Source: an uncultured Acidobacteriota bacterium
GTDB lineage: Bacteria; Acidobacteriota; UBA6911
DNA: 64,000 bases
Assembly: GCA_963809485.1 (NCBI GenBank)
Contig: CAWEJX010000004.1
Span: forward strand, 96,001 to 160,000
Direction: 5' to 3'
The stretch's first letter is position 1; each line of letters begins with the position of its first letter. Below are positions 1 through 10,022 of the stretch, piece after piece. The notes below the pieces were generated by a model. The model worked only from the letters and a program-made list of their open reading frames with translations, made no database searches and had not been told where the DNA came from. The translations under genes and the position numbers were made by a program.

Positions 1-32
1 GAACAACCTGAGAGCCGGGACGCCCCCGACTG

Positions 33-269
33 CTATCTCAGGGCTTTTAGCCTGGCTGAGGCGAAAGCCGATCCAACATCCGGCAATCTGGGATGCGTCG
101 GGCTCTTCCCTCGAATCACCGATCGATATTGGGATTCTCTGCCGAGACACACCAGCAGCATGCATGCGCATTGGACAACAAGGCTGATCAGCAAAAAAAC
201 CAACAGGATCCAGAAGATATCTCTGAGAAGTGCAAGCACCTGCCAAGCATCCAGTGACATGGAGTACAT
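33..269 (-). CDS. small hypothetical membrane protein
   Basis: ATG preceded by GAAGGGGG; one hydrophobic stretch (IFWILLVFLLISLVVQCACMLLVCL); no recognisable family. Confidence 0.35.
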   Translation of the reverse strand: MYSMSLDAWQVLALLRDIFWILLVFLLISLVVQCACMLLVCLGRESQYRSVIRGKSPTHPRLPDVGSAFASARLKALR

Positions 270-644
270 AGGCCGTCCCCCTTCTTGCGGGCTTCCGCTT
301 CGAAAGGAGGTTCGCGACACCCCAGGCGTTGCCGTTCAGCGTTTTAAAGGGTAGGCGCAGGAGCCGGCGGTACATGCCGATTACTGTCGCTTGAGCAGGC
401 AAGCCCACGCTTTTGAATTGAGGCGTCGTATCCTCATGTATTGGTTTTCCGGGCCTGACACGGCTTCATTATAGGATATTTGTCAAGGCTGATGCACCCG
501 AAAAAGGGGAACCGTCAGACTCCCGGCTTTGCCTGAGGATACTGGAATATATTGCGACTCGGGCCTGCATGCAATTCGCCCCTGATTTCAGAAGAGATGC
601 CGTAGAATTATGCTATCCTAATCCCCCAGCGGGGAGCGGACATC

Positions 645-1595
645 ATGGAGTTCAACATCGAAAAACACAGTTCCAATTCCGCTATCAGACAGATCCAGGA
701 ACAAATCAAGCTGGCTGTGACAATGGGAGTACTGCGACGGGGTGATACCTTGCCGTCGATCCGGGATGTTGAAAAACAGACGGGCATCAACCGCGGCCTG
801 GTACACAAGGCATATCTGGGCTTGAGGAAATCCGGCCTGCTTACCTTGGCCAGAGGAAAGGGCACGGTAATTTCCACGGACGCTCCCGCCCCCCCTCCGG
901 TGAGTGAAAAATTCAGGCAGTGGAGCATCGAAATCGTTTCCAAAGCCCGCCGGAAAGGCCTGTCCCCTACAGCCTTTGCAAGATACCTGAGCCATCACGC
1001 CCAGGAGGTCGAACGCATGGCGCCGTTCATCGCATTCATAGAAAACGATGCGGAGGATGCCACGGCGAGGGCGGATGCGATCTCGCAGGCGTGGCAAGTT
1101 CCCGTGGCCGGTTTGACAACCCCGGAGCTGAAAAATGCCGTTCGGGACGGCTTGAGGTTCGGGAAAGTTCTGACGAATTACTTTTTGTACGATCGCGTCA
1201 AATCACTCCTTTCCGGCAGGAAAATTGACGTCATAGCGATTACGACCCGCGGCACCGAACAGACCAACAAAGCGCTGGCAGGGATCCAGGCGAATTCCTC
1301 CGTGCTGATCATAATCCCTCAGGGGATTTACGCCCATGCATCCTTCATTGTCGCTCAGCTGCCCAAATTTTTCGATTCCCGCGGCGTCAAGGTTTCCCAT
1401 ATCTCCGCGCACGATATCTCGAATTTCGAGGAGCTTTTCAATAACGCCCGATATGATCTATATCTCTTGTCGCATGGCACGCATCAGATTGTTCCCAAAA
1501 AGCTGCACGTCAACCCCCGCATTCTCCTGATGCGCATGGAACTGGATCCCGTCTCCGTGGAAGCCGCAAGAATCCGAGCCGGCGTTCTCATCTGA
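645..1595 (+). CDS. GntR-family (YtrA-like) transcriptional regulator
   Basis: N-terminal wHTH QIQEQIKLAVTMGVLRRGDTLPSIRDV...RGKGTVI; GGGGAG RBS. Confidence 0.9.
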   Translation: MEFNIEKHSSNSAIRQIQEQIKLAVTMGVLRRGDTLPSIRDVEKQTGINRGLVHKAYLGLRKSGLLTLARGKGTVISTDAPAPPPVSEKFRQWSIEIVSKARRKGLSPTAFARYLSHHAQEVERMAPFIAFIENDAEDATARADAISQAWQVPVAGLTTPELKNAVRDGLRFGKVLTNYFLYDRVKSLLSGRKIDVIAITTRGTEQTNKALAGIQANSSVLIIIPQGIYAHASFIVAQLPKFFDSRGVKVSHISAHDISNFEELFNNARYDLYLLSHGTHQIVPKKLHVNPRILLMRMELDPVSVEAARIRAGVLI

Positions 1596-1674
1596 AATTC
1601 CGGCAGGACCCTAAAGATTGCTGGCTAGCGATCCCGTCCTTACGGACGGTCTTTCCGAATCCCGTCAAAAGGGA

Positions 1675-1787
1675 TGTCATAGATCGATGACAAAAGTCCA
1701 AATAATCCAAGCCATTCAGGTACAGTTTCCATAAAACCGCCATTTGTGGCCGATTCCAAACATTTTATATGTCATTAAACAATGACA
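1675..1787. promoter_or_regulatory. two palindromic operators TGTCAT-N6-ATGACA (1675-1692, 1770-1787)
   Basis: identical half-sites and spacing at both positions; the second lies just upstream of a -35 box. Confidence 0.65.
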
Positions 1788-1788
1788 A

Positions 1789-1817
1789 TTGACATCATTT
1801 GCAGAAGATGATAAAGT
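1789..1817 (+). promoter_or_regulatory. sigma70 promoter TTGACA-17-TAAAGT
   Basis: perfect -35 box, 17-nt spacer, near-consensus -10. Confidence 0.65.
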
Positions 1818-2148
1818 TCTAATGGTAACGCAGAGTAATCCTCTGGGGGGAGGCAATCCGGCCAGGGATTTTGCCATCCCCCCTTTATTGTGCCCCTGCA
1901 GGTCCCTACAGGGTTGTTTGCGTCACCACCGGAATGCAGGAAGGCAAAATTGCAGGGGGCAAGGAGAAAAAAACAACCAGAATTCCCAGGCCAGAAAATT
2001 CGAGCCAAATTGATTTCCAGTCCATGCGCACGGAACAGGGAGCATGCCCGCCGGGCCTCGCGCAATACCGAATCTGAGCCAAAGGGCGTTTGAAAGGCAC
2101 CGATTCCCTGTCTCGACTTCGCTGGGTTAACCATCAGGAGATATTTTC

Positions 2149-2517
2149 ATGTGTAACAGCAGAGATTGGATGATAATTTTCATGCTTTTGATCCTTTGTG
2201 TTGCCGCACCTACAGCTGCAGTGGCAAAAGGGTCGGATCACGGTTCCGTCAAAGTGACCGTGGCAAACAACGTCTTCGCCGCAGGAACCGAAATCAAATC
2301 CGGACAATATGACATCATGTGGGAATCCAACGCCTCAGAAGCCACTGTAATCTTCATATTGAAGGGAAAAACCGCAGCCAAGGTTCAGGGCAAAATTGTC
2401 GAGGTGGAAAATAAACCTGAGTACAATACCATACAGACCGCAAAAGATTCCTCAGGCCGTGAATCTTTGAAGACACTTCTGCTCGGCGGGAAAAATTTTA
2501 AAATCGTTTTTGAATAA
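2149..2517 (+). CDS. small secreted beta-rich hypothetical protein
   Basis: AGGAG RBS; signal peptide (FMLLILCVAAPTAAVA). Confidence 0.75.
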   Translation: MCNSRDWMIIFMLLILCVAAPTAAVAKGSDHGSVKVTVANNVFAAGTEIKSGQYDIMWESNASEATVIFILKGKTAAKVQGKIVEVENKPEYNTIQTAKDSSGRESLKTLLLGGKNFKIVFE

Positions 2518-2712
2518 GGATTGATTAAAAATCCGCGTCACTGGCGAGCGCCGAAGGCGAAGCACAAATGGGACTCTCTTGCGGCTGAGCCTTCGGCCTC
2601 CAACCATGCCCGCCCGTCCCATCAAATAAAGGCAAAAGCCTGAACCACACCTCTCGGGATATAGCCTGTCAGGTTCTTACAGGATACGGTTTTCCCCGAT
2701 GCCAGGCAGAAA

Positions 2713-3524
2713 TCAGCAGGGTCCGGCCTCAACTCCGTACAGGTCGAGCATGCGGCCCAGCTTCCCGATCTTTTTGTTTCCAAAGTAATAGTCCTCGCCG
2801 ACAAGAACGAGACCCGGAGGTCCGTTCCTCTCTTTCTGAGGCCTGGGAGGAAAACCGGCGAATTCAGGGAGCTGATCCTTCAGCTTTTTCGCCTTCCCTA
2901 TATTCAACATCGGGAAATCGCCGAAGGTAACTCCCATGGAGCCGTAATGCTTCTTCATCTCCTCCGGCAGAGAAGAATTCGGATCCTTCGTGACTATTAC
3001 GATCACATGCGTGGAAAGGAGGTTCCTTTTTTCATCGGGAATTGTCTCCATGAGCCCTGGTGATATTGTCAAGGCTCAGCGCCCTGCCCTTTTCCTGGTC
3101 GTAGTTTTTATGGAATTTATCCATGCTGATGAAGGTCCTGCAGAGGCGCGTCGGAATTGTCTATATACCTGTGGAAAAATTCGAGGCACTTGTCGTAGTC
3201 GTCAAAATAGCTTCCGTTGCTGTTATAACTGGGCAGGGCTCCTCCTTGGGCCGTGGCGATCAGGATGTCCGCCAGATCCTTGCCGTCCTCTTTCCATAGT
3301 GTCGGTTCTCCACCGGTGTAATTCATGTTCCAGTAGGAATCTTTCAGGCTTGCGCAGTCCCGAATCGCGGTCAGAACCTGATCCCATGTCAGGCGGTATC
3401 CGGGGCGGATGATATGATCCTCCGCATCGCCCACGTAAATGTATCCGCAGTGCTCGCAACTAAAATTGCACTTATGAAGCAAGGACACGCCCATGACATG
3501 CGTCGGCATTCTTTGGTCGACCAT
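2713..3524 (-). CDS. radical SAM protein, interrupted by two +1 frameshifts (~3140 and ~3052-3062)
   Basis: CNFSCEHC (CxxxCxxC) and TGGEP motifs; a bridging frame RTFISMDKFHKNYDQEKGRALSLDNI links ORFs 3117..3554 and 2713..3072. Confidence 0.75.
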
Positions 3525-3839
3525 AGTAATCCCCCAGCAGCCGATTTGGCCCAAGTCCGCAAAAAGTGAAATGCATGAAAATGAATATCGGGAGACCGGG
3601 TCATTGTACTTCGATTATTGTGAGTTTCACGGAAAATACACGAAAAAGGGAAGCCTGAGGCAGCCCACAGCCGGCAGCAAAACCGGAGGCCGGCCGATGG
3701 CATTTGGGAATTCCATGTCCGGGTTCTCCCTGACGGAACGATGCGGTTGCCTGGGCCGCAATTTCGAGGGAAAACACCTGGCCGGATGCAAATGGAGAGT
3801 GCTACAATCGCCCAATCAATTACGGCACAGGGAATTATT

Positions 3840-4224
3840 GTCAGGTACCGGAGGCTTGAAGGATTTGAACCCCTCAAAGCGTTGGAGGAGTTACGCCGGT
3901 CTTGAACGCTGACTTACGCGGGCAAAAGCCGATGAGGCGCTTCCGATCCCCGCAGAGGCCAGCGCTCCGCGCTGGACAGTTTTCTGCGGCGGCACTGTGG
4001 CAAGAGCCGTGCGGCAAGGAGATGAAGGGTATGAGAAACCGGGCGTTTGCCACAGTGCCGCCGCAGAAAACTTCATCGGAAGCGCCTCATCGGCTTTTGC
4101 TCGCCGACCCTCGCCGAACAAATCCGCGTTTGTCAGCGCTTTTATCAGCGTTTCTCAGCGTTTCAAAATACGGAGCTGTCAAACTCTTTGAGTCCCCCGG
4201 CAGAGCCGGGGGTTTACCAATGTG
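3840..4224 (-). mobile_element. non-autonomous IS200/IS605-type element (MITE/PATE-like), copy 1
   Basis: near-identical to 10591-10986 and 38901-39298; terminal hairpin CCCCCGGCAGAGCCGGGGG; flanked by ATTA (TAAT on minus). Confidence 0.8.
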
Positions 4225-4286
4225 ATTATCGTCAGAACCGGTATGTCGCACTTTCAATCAAAGCATACATCAGGGGGCATAAGGAT

Positions 4287-5552
4287 ATGAGCAAAGCGCT
4301 TGAGCAGGACAAGACTCCACAGGAACTGCGACGCGAAAGAGAACAAAGAATCACGGACGCCATCAATCTTAGAATTCCGGACAGGGTTCCAGTCGCTTGC
4401 GATCTGGGTTTCTTCGTGGCCAAATACGCCGGCATACCCTGCTCCGCTGCCTACTATGATAGCGATGCATGGTTGGCGGCGTACCGAAAGACACTCCAGG
4501 ATTTCCAGCCCGACATGGCGTTTGTCCGGGCTCCCACTTCAGGAAAAGCTCTGGAATATATGAATCCGAGATTTCAGCGATGGCCCGGTCACGGGGTAGA
4601 TCCCAACCATGGGATGCAGGCGATCGAAATTGATAGCCTGAAGGACGACGAATACGACCTCTTCATCAACCATAATGCGGACTTCGGCATCCGATGCCAT
4701 TTGCCGCGTATCTACGGAAGCCTGGAAGCTCTGTCGATGCTTCCGCAGCTGTCCAACACGAATTGGGTTGAGCCCTGGGCTGCGCAGACGCTAGCCATGC
4801 TTGTTACGGAACCCAAAATCGAGGCCGCGATTGAAAATCTTCAGAAGGCCGGCCGGGAGATGAGGAGCTTCCAGCCTAAGGTGGACGAATTCAATCAGCT
4901 GCTGCTCGACTACGGCATACCGCAGTTGTACCAGGGGGCGGCGATGCCACCCTTCGACGTAATTTCCCACAGCGTGCGCGGCATGAAGGGTACGATGCTG
5001 GACATGTACCGCCAGCCTGACAAGATCCTGGAGGCCTGCGAATTTTTGCTCAGGAAAACGCTGGAAAAGCCGATTGCGCCGCCTAATGAATACGGCAACC
5101 TGAGATATTTCATGACCAATACCAGGGGTTCCGACGACTTCATGTCCATGAAGCAGTTCGAGACCTTCTACTGGCCAACGTTTAAAAAGCTTGTCCTGGC
5201 GCTGGTCGAGCGGGGAGTGACTCCGTGTATTTTCTTCGAAGGCAACTTCACATCACGTCTGGAGCGCCTGCTGGAATTCCCGAAAGGAAAGGTGCTCGTC
5301 CGCCTCGATACCACGGATATATTCAAAGCAAAAGAAATCCTCAAGGATCATCTTTGCATTGAGGGGAACATCCCGTCTTCACTTCTGCAGATAGGATCGG
5401 TCCAGGAGGTTAAAGACTATTGCAAAAAGCTGATCGACACCGTGGGCAAGGGCGGCGGTTACATCCTGGGACCCAGGAGTTCCACCGATGAGGTCAAACC
5501 GGAAAACCTTAAAGCCATGATCGACTATACAAAGGAATACGGTCGGTATTAG
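4287..5552 (+). CDS. uroporphyrinogen decarboxylase / MtaA-CmuA methyltransferase family protein
   Basis: PDRVPV N-terminus; PFDVISHSVRGMKG; FETFYWPTFKK; GNIPSSLL...GGGYIL...EVKPENLKAMID..KEYG C-terminus. Confidence 0.85.
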   Translation: MSKALEQDKTPQELRREREQRITDAINLRIPDRVPVACDLGFFVAKYAGIPCSAAYYDSDAWLAAYRKTLQDFQPDMAFVRAPTSGKALEYMNPRFQRWPGHGVDPNHGMQAIEIDSLKDDEYDLFINHNADFGIRCHLPRIYGSLEALSMLPQLSNTNWVEPWAAQTLAMLVTEPKIEAAIENLQKAGREMRSFQPKVDEFNQLLLDYGIPQLYQGAAMPPFDVISHSVRGMKGTMLDMYRQPDKILEACEFLLRKTLEKPIAPPNEYGNLRYFMTNTRGSDDFMSMKQFETFYWPTFKKLVLALVERGVTPCIFFEGNFTSRLERLLEFPKGKVLVRLDTTDIFKAKEILKDHLCIEGNIPSSLLQIGSVQEVKDYCKKLIDTVGKGGGYILGPRSSTDEVKPENLKAMIDYTKEYGRY

Positions 5553-5854
5553 CCGCTCAGAATCGTTTAACGCTGACATGCGCCGACAAAAGCACTGATG
5601 GACGCTGATAATAGAGTTGGCGGTCCGCGTCCATCAGCGCATGGAGTCGATAGAAGTCACACCAAGGCTTTGAGCAACAATTTATCGTGGTCCGACCCCG
5701 ACTTCCAAGTTCCTGCAATCTACAACTCGCGGCATGGCAATCTCGCCTAAGGGAATTGGATAGGCTTAATAGAAGAAAAGAGCTCAAAATAGTCATGCAG
5801 AGCCCATTTATGCTTTTCTATTGGAGTCAACCGCAAATTAGGCAACAATTTATC

Positions 5855-6934
5855 GTGGTCCGACCCCGACTCTTCACCATACTGGCTCTGATCTGCATGT
5901 TGCTGACTGGATGCGGTTCTCAAAAGGGACCGGATGCCGGAGATCCGGATCCGGTAATACCCACGACTGCCCCGGCCGCGCTGCACGCGCCCTTTTTCCA
6001 GACCGGCTTTGCCTATTCCCACATCGGCGGCAGCTACGACAGCGACGCCTCGTCCCTGGAACTCGAAAAGATTCGCGCCGCCGGCGGCAACACCGTCCAG
6101 CTCCTTGTCTTCGCCTACATCTACAAGCTGAACGAACCAGAGATCGGCATGATGGGACAGGAAGCTTCGGAACGGATCCTCCTTGGAGGCATTTCCCGGG
6201 CAAAGGCGGCGGGGTTGCGAACCATGGTGAAGCTGCAGATGTGGGGGCCCGGGTTTCAAGATGACAAGTTTTCCGCGGACATCGGGATGACCAATGCTGC
6301 AGATTGGCGAGCATTCATGGCCAATTACCGGCTTTACGTGTTGCGCTATGCCCGCCTGGCGGCAGAAAGCAGCGTCGACATTCTATGCATTGGCACGGAA
6401 ATGGCCCAGGCCACGCAGTCCGCATACACCACCGCTGACTGGCGCGCCCTGGCCAAAGAGGTCCGGTCATTTTACCGCGGGCCGCTTACTTATGCTGCCC
6501 ACAGCAGCGAGGTCGAGGGAATCCCATTCTGGGACAGCCTCGACTACATCGGTATCGACGGCTACTACCCGATCGCCCGGCTGACTTCCGCCCTGGAGAA
6601 TCTTGAGCGCCTGTCGCATCGATGGAACAGGCCCGTGCTCTTCACCGAAGCCGGATTCTCTTCCAGCCCTTATGCACTGACGGAGCCCTGGAGGCCGGGG
6701 CCAAGTGCGGCAGCTCCCGGCTCCGTCCGGCTCGAGCTCCAGGCGAAGGGGTGGGAGACTTTGCTGGCAGAGCTGTGGCGCCGCGATTTTATATGGGGAG
6801 TCTATGCCTGGAAATGGCATCCCAATCGCGCATGGGGCGGCCCGAAAAACGCCGACCACACGCCCCAGGGGAAACCCGCGCTGGAGGTTATCCGCCGGTT
6901 CTATACCAGGCCTCCGGCTCGCGCCGGCCAGTAA
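5855..6934 (+). CDS. glycoside hydrolase family 113-like lipoprotein
   Basis: lipobox LTGC; IGTE and LFTEAGF catalytic Glu motifs; FWDSLDYIGIDGYYPI; start position uncertain. Confidence 0.8.
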   Translation: MVRPRLFTILALICMLLTGCGSQKGPDAGDPDPVIPTTAPAALHAPFFQTGFAYSHIGGSYDSDASSLELEKIRAAGGNTVQLLVFAYIYKLNEPEIGMMGQEASERILLGGISRAKAAGLRTMVKLQMWGPGFQDDKFSADIGMTNAADWRAFMANYRLYVLRYARLAAESSVDILCIGTEMAQATQSAYTTADWRALAKEVRSFYRGPLTYAAHSSEVEGIPFWDSLDYIGIDGYYPIARLTSALENLERLSHRWNRPVLFTEAGFSSSPYALTEPWRPGPSAAAPGSVRLELQAKGWETLLAELWRRDFIWGVYAWKWHPNRAWGGPKNADHTPQGKPALEVIRRFYTRPPARAGQ

Positions 6935-7069
6935 ATCCGGGCTTTCAGTTTATTGACCTCGCTCAGGAATCCCAAATAGCCTGATAGCAAAAAATATCGC
7001 CAATCTTCATGCAGATTACTTTTGTTGATTTTCTATTGGAGTTATTGCGAGATTGCGCAACAATTTATT

Positions 7070-7756
7070 ATGGTCTCACCACAAAAAATTATCCGGAAAC
7101 GCAGCCGTCGCGAAATCCTAAGAATGGGCTCCGCCGTCAGCGGCATCGTCGCAAGTGGATCCATACTGCGCACATCCAGTCTTCTGGCCGCACAGGAGCC
7201 GGCCTCAGCCCTTCCCTGGCCCTGGAAGGAAATCGAGCCGGCCAGCATCCAGGAACGCGCGTATCAATCAACATGGTCAAAAAACGCCTGCATGTTCGGC
7301 ATCCTCGAGGCTGTGCTTGGGACATTGGCCGATAAATACGGCGCTCCTTACAGCATCTTTCCGGTGGGCGCCGTTTTATACGGCAGCGGCGGCTTTGCCG
7401 GCACCGAATCACTATGCGGCGCCATCAATGGATGCGGGCTGCTTTTCGGCCTTTTCGCCAGGAAAGAGCGGGACATTTTCGCTCTCTCGAGAGAAATGGC
7501 TCGCTGGTACGAGACTGCGAACCTGCCGGCCTACAAGCCGAAGGATCCCAAATTGGATATCCCCATTGTCCAGTCGGTAGCCGGTTCAACCCTCTGCAGT
7601 ATCTCGTCGAACGTCTGGACCAAGGTCTCCGGCCACAAGCTTCTGAGCATGCAGCATATGGAACGATGCAGCCGTCTTGTCGCCGATGTCGCGATGCAGG
7701 CCGTCACCCTTCTTAACGGTTACGGTACCGGCAAGAGTCCTGTAAAAAAGGGCTAA
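7070..7756 (+). CDS. C-GCAxxG-C-C family redox protein with Tat-like signal
   Basis: SRREILR twin-arginine motif; NACMFG...GGFAGTESLCGAING...STLC...ERCSRL. Confidence 0.8.
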   Translation: MVSPQKIIRKRSRREILRMGSAVSGIVASGSILRTSSLLAAQEPASALPWPWKEIEPASIQERAYQSTWSKNACMFGILEAVLGTLADKYGAPYSIFPVGAVLYGSGGFAGTESLCGAINGCGLLFGLFARKERDIFALSREMARWYETANLPAYKPKDPKLDIPIVQSVAGSTLCSISSNVWTKVSGHKLLSMQHMERCSRLVADVAMQAVTLLNGYGTGKSPVKKG

Positions 7757-7803
7757 AACGGATCCCGGAGTTCTGGCCTTCGTTTACCATAGAGGAGGCA
7801 GCT

Positions 7804-8032
7804 ATGAGCAATACTGTCGAGATCAGAAAAGGCTGGTGCGGTCCTTGCCATGGTAAGAGTGCAGCACGGCTGGTGGTTCCCGGAAAAGCCTGCAGCCGAG
7901 CCCTCTCTTCACGGTATCTGGGAATCCAATTCGAATGCTCTTTGTCCCGTGGAACCCGAATACTGCAATCCTGAGGTGGGAGGCTGGCCGCACACCGCGC
8001 TTTTGTGCAAGGTATATAAAGCCGGCGCCTGA
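7804..8032 (+). pseudogene. molybdopterin oxidoreductase remnant (N- and C-termini joined by an internal deletion)
   Basis: GAGGAGG RBS, then MSNTVEIRKGWCGPCH joined out of frame to VRVQHGWWFPE...IWESNSNAL...LLCKVYKA. Confidence 0.75.
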
Positions 8033-8210
8033 TTCGGAACCGCTCAAAGCGGTTGGAGTAGTTACGCTGGTCTTGAACGCTGACTTACGCCGACCCTCGC
8101 CGAACAAATCGGCGTTTGTCGGCGCTTTTGTCAGCGTATCTCAGCGTTTCAAAATACGGAGCTGTCAAACTCTATGAGTCCCCCGGCAGAGCCGTGGGTT
8201 TACCAATAGT
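8018..8210 (-). mobile_element. IS200/IS605-type MITE copy 2 (internal hairpin deleted)
   Basis: GAACCGCTCAAAGCGGTT...GACTTACGC|CGACCCTCGCCGAAC...GAGTCCCCCGGCAGAGCCG; ATTA flank. Confidence 0.75.
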
Positions 8211-8343
8211 ATTAACCGATGGCATACGCCGCCAGGAGTCAGCGTTCCTTCGCGCTGTATTCAGCCCGTGTCTGCCTTAGCCGATTCCGGATCAAAGCAG
8301 GAGGCCAGCCGGCCGCCTCTGCAGATCATCGGGCGTGTCCCTA

Positions 8344-9849
8344 TTATGACAAATACTTGACGGCGTTCTCTCCTGCAATGCGGCCGGAGTTGAGGGCAAA
8401 GCCGACCAGGTGCCCGGTGAGGCGGTAGCAGTAAGCCTCCGATTCCCAGCACCCGGAGGTCGAGCCCGCTGCGTACAGCCCCGGGATTGGATTGTCCTCA
8501 GTATCGAGCGCCTGCATGCGCTCATCGATCTTGATCCCGCCATACGCGTCGCACAATGCCACGTGACTCTTGACAGCATAGTAGGGAGGAGTCCGCAGAG
8601 GCAGCAGATATCTGCGGTCTTTGGCAAATAAAGGATCGTGCCTGTCGTCGCAGGCGGCATTGTATTCTTCTATCGTAGCCTTCAGGACGGCCGGATCGGA
8701 TCCCATCCAGGCGGCAATTTCGCCCCAGGAGCCGGATATCTTCAAATCGCCCTTATCCGCCTGTTTGCGCATTTCCCTCTCCAGACCGGGCAACGGAGTC
8801 GCCGCTGAAACCGGCAGCCAGTTGGCGCGGGAGGCGGCTCCGGGCCTGATAAGCCCCTCCTTTTCGATGGTCCGCATCGTGTCCCTGTCGAAAAGCGTAT
8901 AGCAGATTCCGTCCGGTTGCAGGCAGACTGCGTTGCCGAAGGCGAAGAAAGCAAGGTTGTAGCCTTCGTCGATGAATCTTCTGCCTCTTTTGTTCACCCA
9001 AAGCATCTGCGGTTCCCAGGCAAGAAACCACAGCGAGATTTTTATGAGCGACCCGTCGGGTCCCTTTGCGTCCATCTTCAACATCTCAGAATCGGACTTG
9101 GGCTTGAGGAATGGCGCGTGCAGGTTCATCGCGCCCATGCCGGCCGTCGCGGCGCCTATTTCAGCGGCCATTATTATACCATCCCCGGTATTGCTGGGCG
9201 GCCCGTCGTAGGAGATCGTGTCATGGAAGTACGGGCAGTATTTCTTCAGCATCTCCTTGTTGTTGCCATATCCGCCGGTAGTCACGATGACGCTTCGCGC
9301 CTCTATTTTAAATTCGCCCTGTTTGGATTCCGCCATAACCCCGCTGATTTTGCCCTTTTCATCCCTCAATATCTTCTTCCCGGGAGTGCGTGTGAGTATT
9401 TGAACTCCCAGGGCCTGACAGTTTTCGCGCAGCGTTTTCATCAGCGCGTTGCCGTGCCCCTTCACCGAATGGCGCACCAGAGGCACCTGGTTGGGGAAAT
9501 ACTGTATGAGCTCGAAGCTCAATCCCTTGCTTTCCAGCCAGCCGATCGTGTCCCCGGACTTGTCGATAAACGCGCGCACAATCCTGGGATTGATTCTCGT
9601 CCAGTGCGCCCATTCCATGGCTATCTTGAAAAGCTCGTCCTTGCGGGCGTCCACGCCCTGCCGTTTCTGAACCGGGCTTTCCGCGCCGAAAATGTCGTGG
9701 GCCATGGCAGTACTGCCGGCCGCAGAGCCTGCTTTTTCAAGCACAATGATGCTCTTGCACCCGTTTTCCGCAGCAGCCAGGGCTGCCGCCAGGCCGGCGC
9801 CGCCTCCGCCGATCACAACCAGGTCTGCCTTTAGGTTTTCAGCCGTCAT
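8344..9849 (-). CDS. FAD-dependent oxidoreductase (flavocytochrome c / fumarate reductase flavoprotein family)
   Basis: GGGGAGLAAA dinucleotide-binding motif; TGGYG; NTGDG; GGIKID; PIPGLYAAG; SGRIAG. Confidence 0.9.
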   Translation of the reverse strand: MTAENLKADLVVIGGGGAGLAAALAAAENGCKSIIVLEKAGSAAGSTAMAHDIFGAESPVQKRQGVDARKDELFKIAMEWAHWTRINPRIVRAFIDKSGDTIGWLESKGLSFELIQYFPNQVPLVRHSVKGHGNALMKTLRENCQALGVQILTRTPGKKILRDEKGKISGVMAESKQGEFKIEARSVIVTTGGYGNNKEMLKKYCPYFHDTISYDGPPSNTGDGIIMAAEIGAATAGMGAMNLHAPFLKPKSDSEMLKMDAKGPDGSLIKISLWFLAWEPQMLWVNKRGRRFIDEGYNLAFFAFGNAVCLQPDGICYTLFDRDTMRTIEKEGLIRPGAASRANWLPVSAATPLPGLEREMRKQADKGDLKISGSWGEIAAWMGSDPAVLKATIEEYNAACDDRHDPLFAKDRRYLLPLRTPPYYAVKSHVALCDAYGGIKIDERMQALDTEDNPIPGLYAAGSTSGCWESEAYCYRLTGHLVGFALNSGRIAGENAVKYLS

Positions 9850-10022
9850 AGCAACACGCCTCCCCTCTGATATGCAGTTCGAAAAATGATGCCACGAATT
9901 ATTTAGAATTATATGAATTCCGGAACGGGTATCACCAAAATTCGCGCAATTTTTCTCAATCCATAGTAATTTTGCTGTTGTTTGGCAGGATCGGACAACG
10001 GCATTCAAAGGAAAAAGCCCCC

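Noticed and set aside
4047-4286. N-terminal extensions given by the ORF track for the genes at 4047 and 13259
   Set aside because: They run through MITE sequence; RBS-led ATGs at 4287 and 13391 match the family starts
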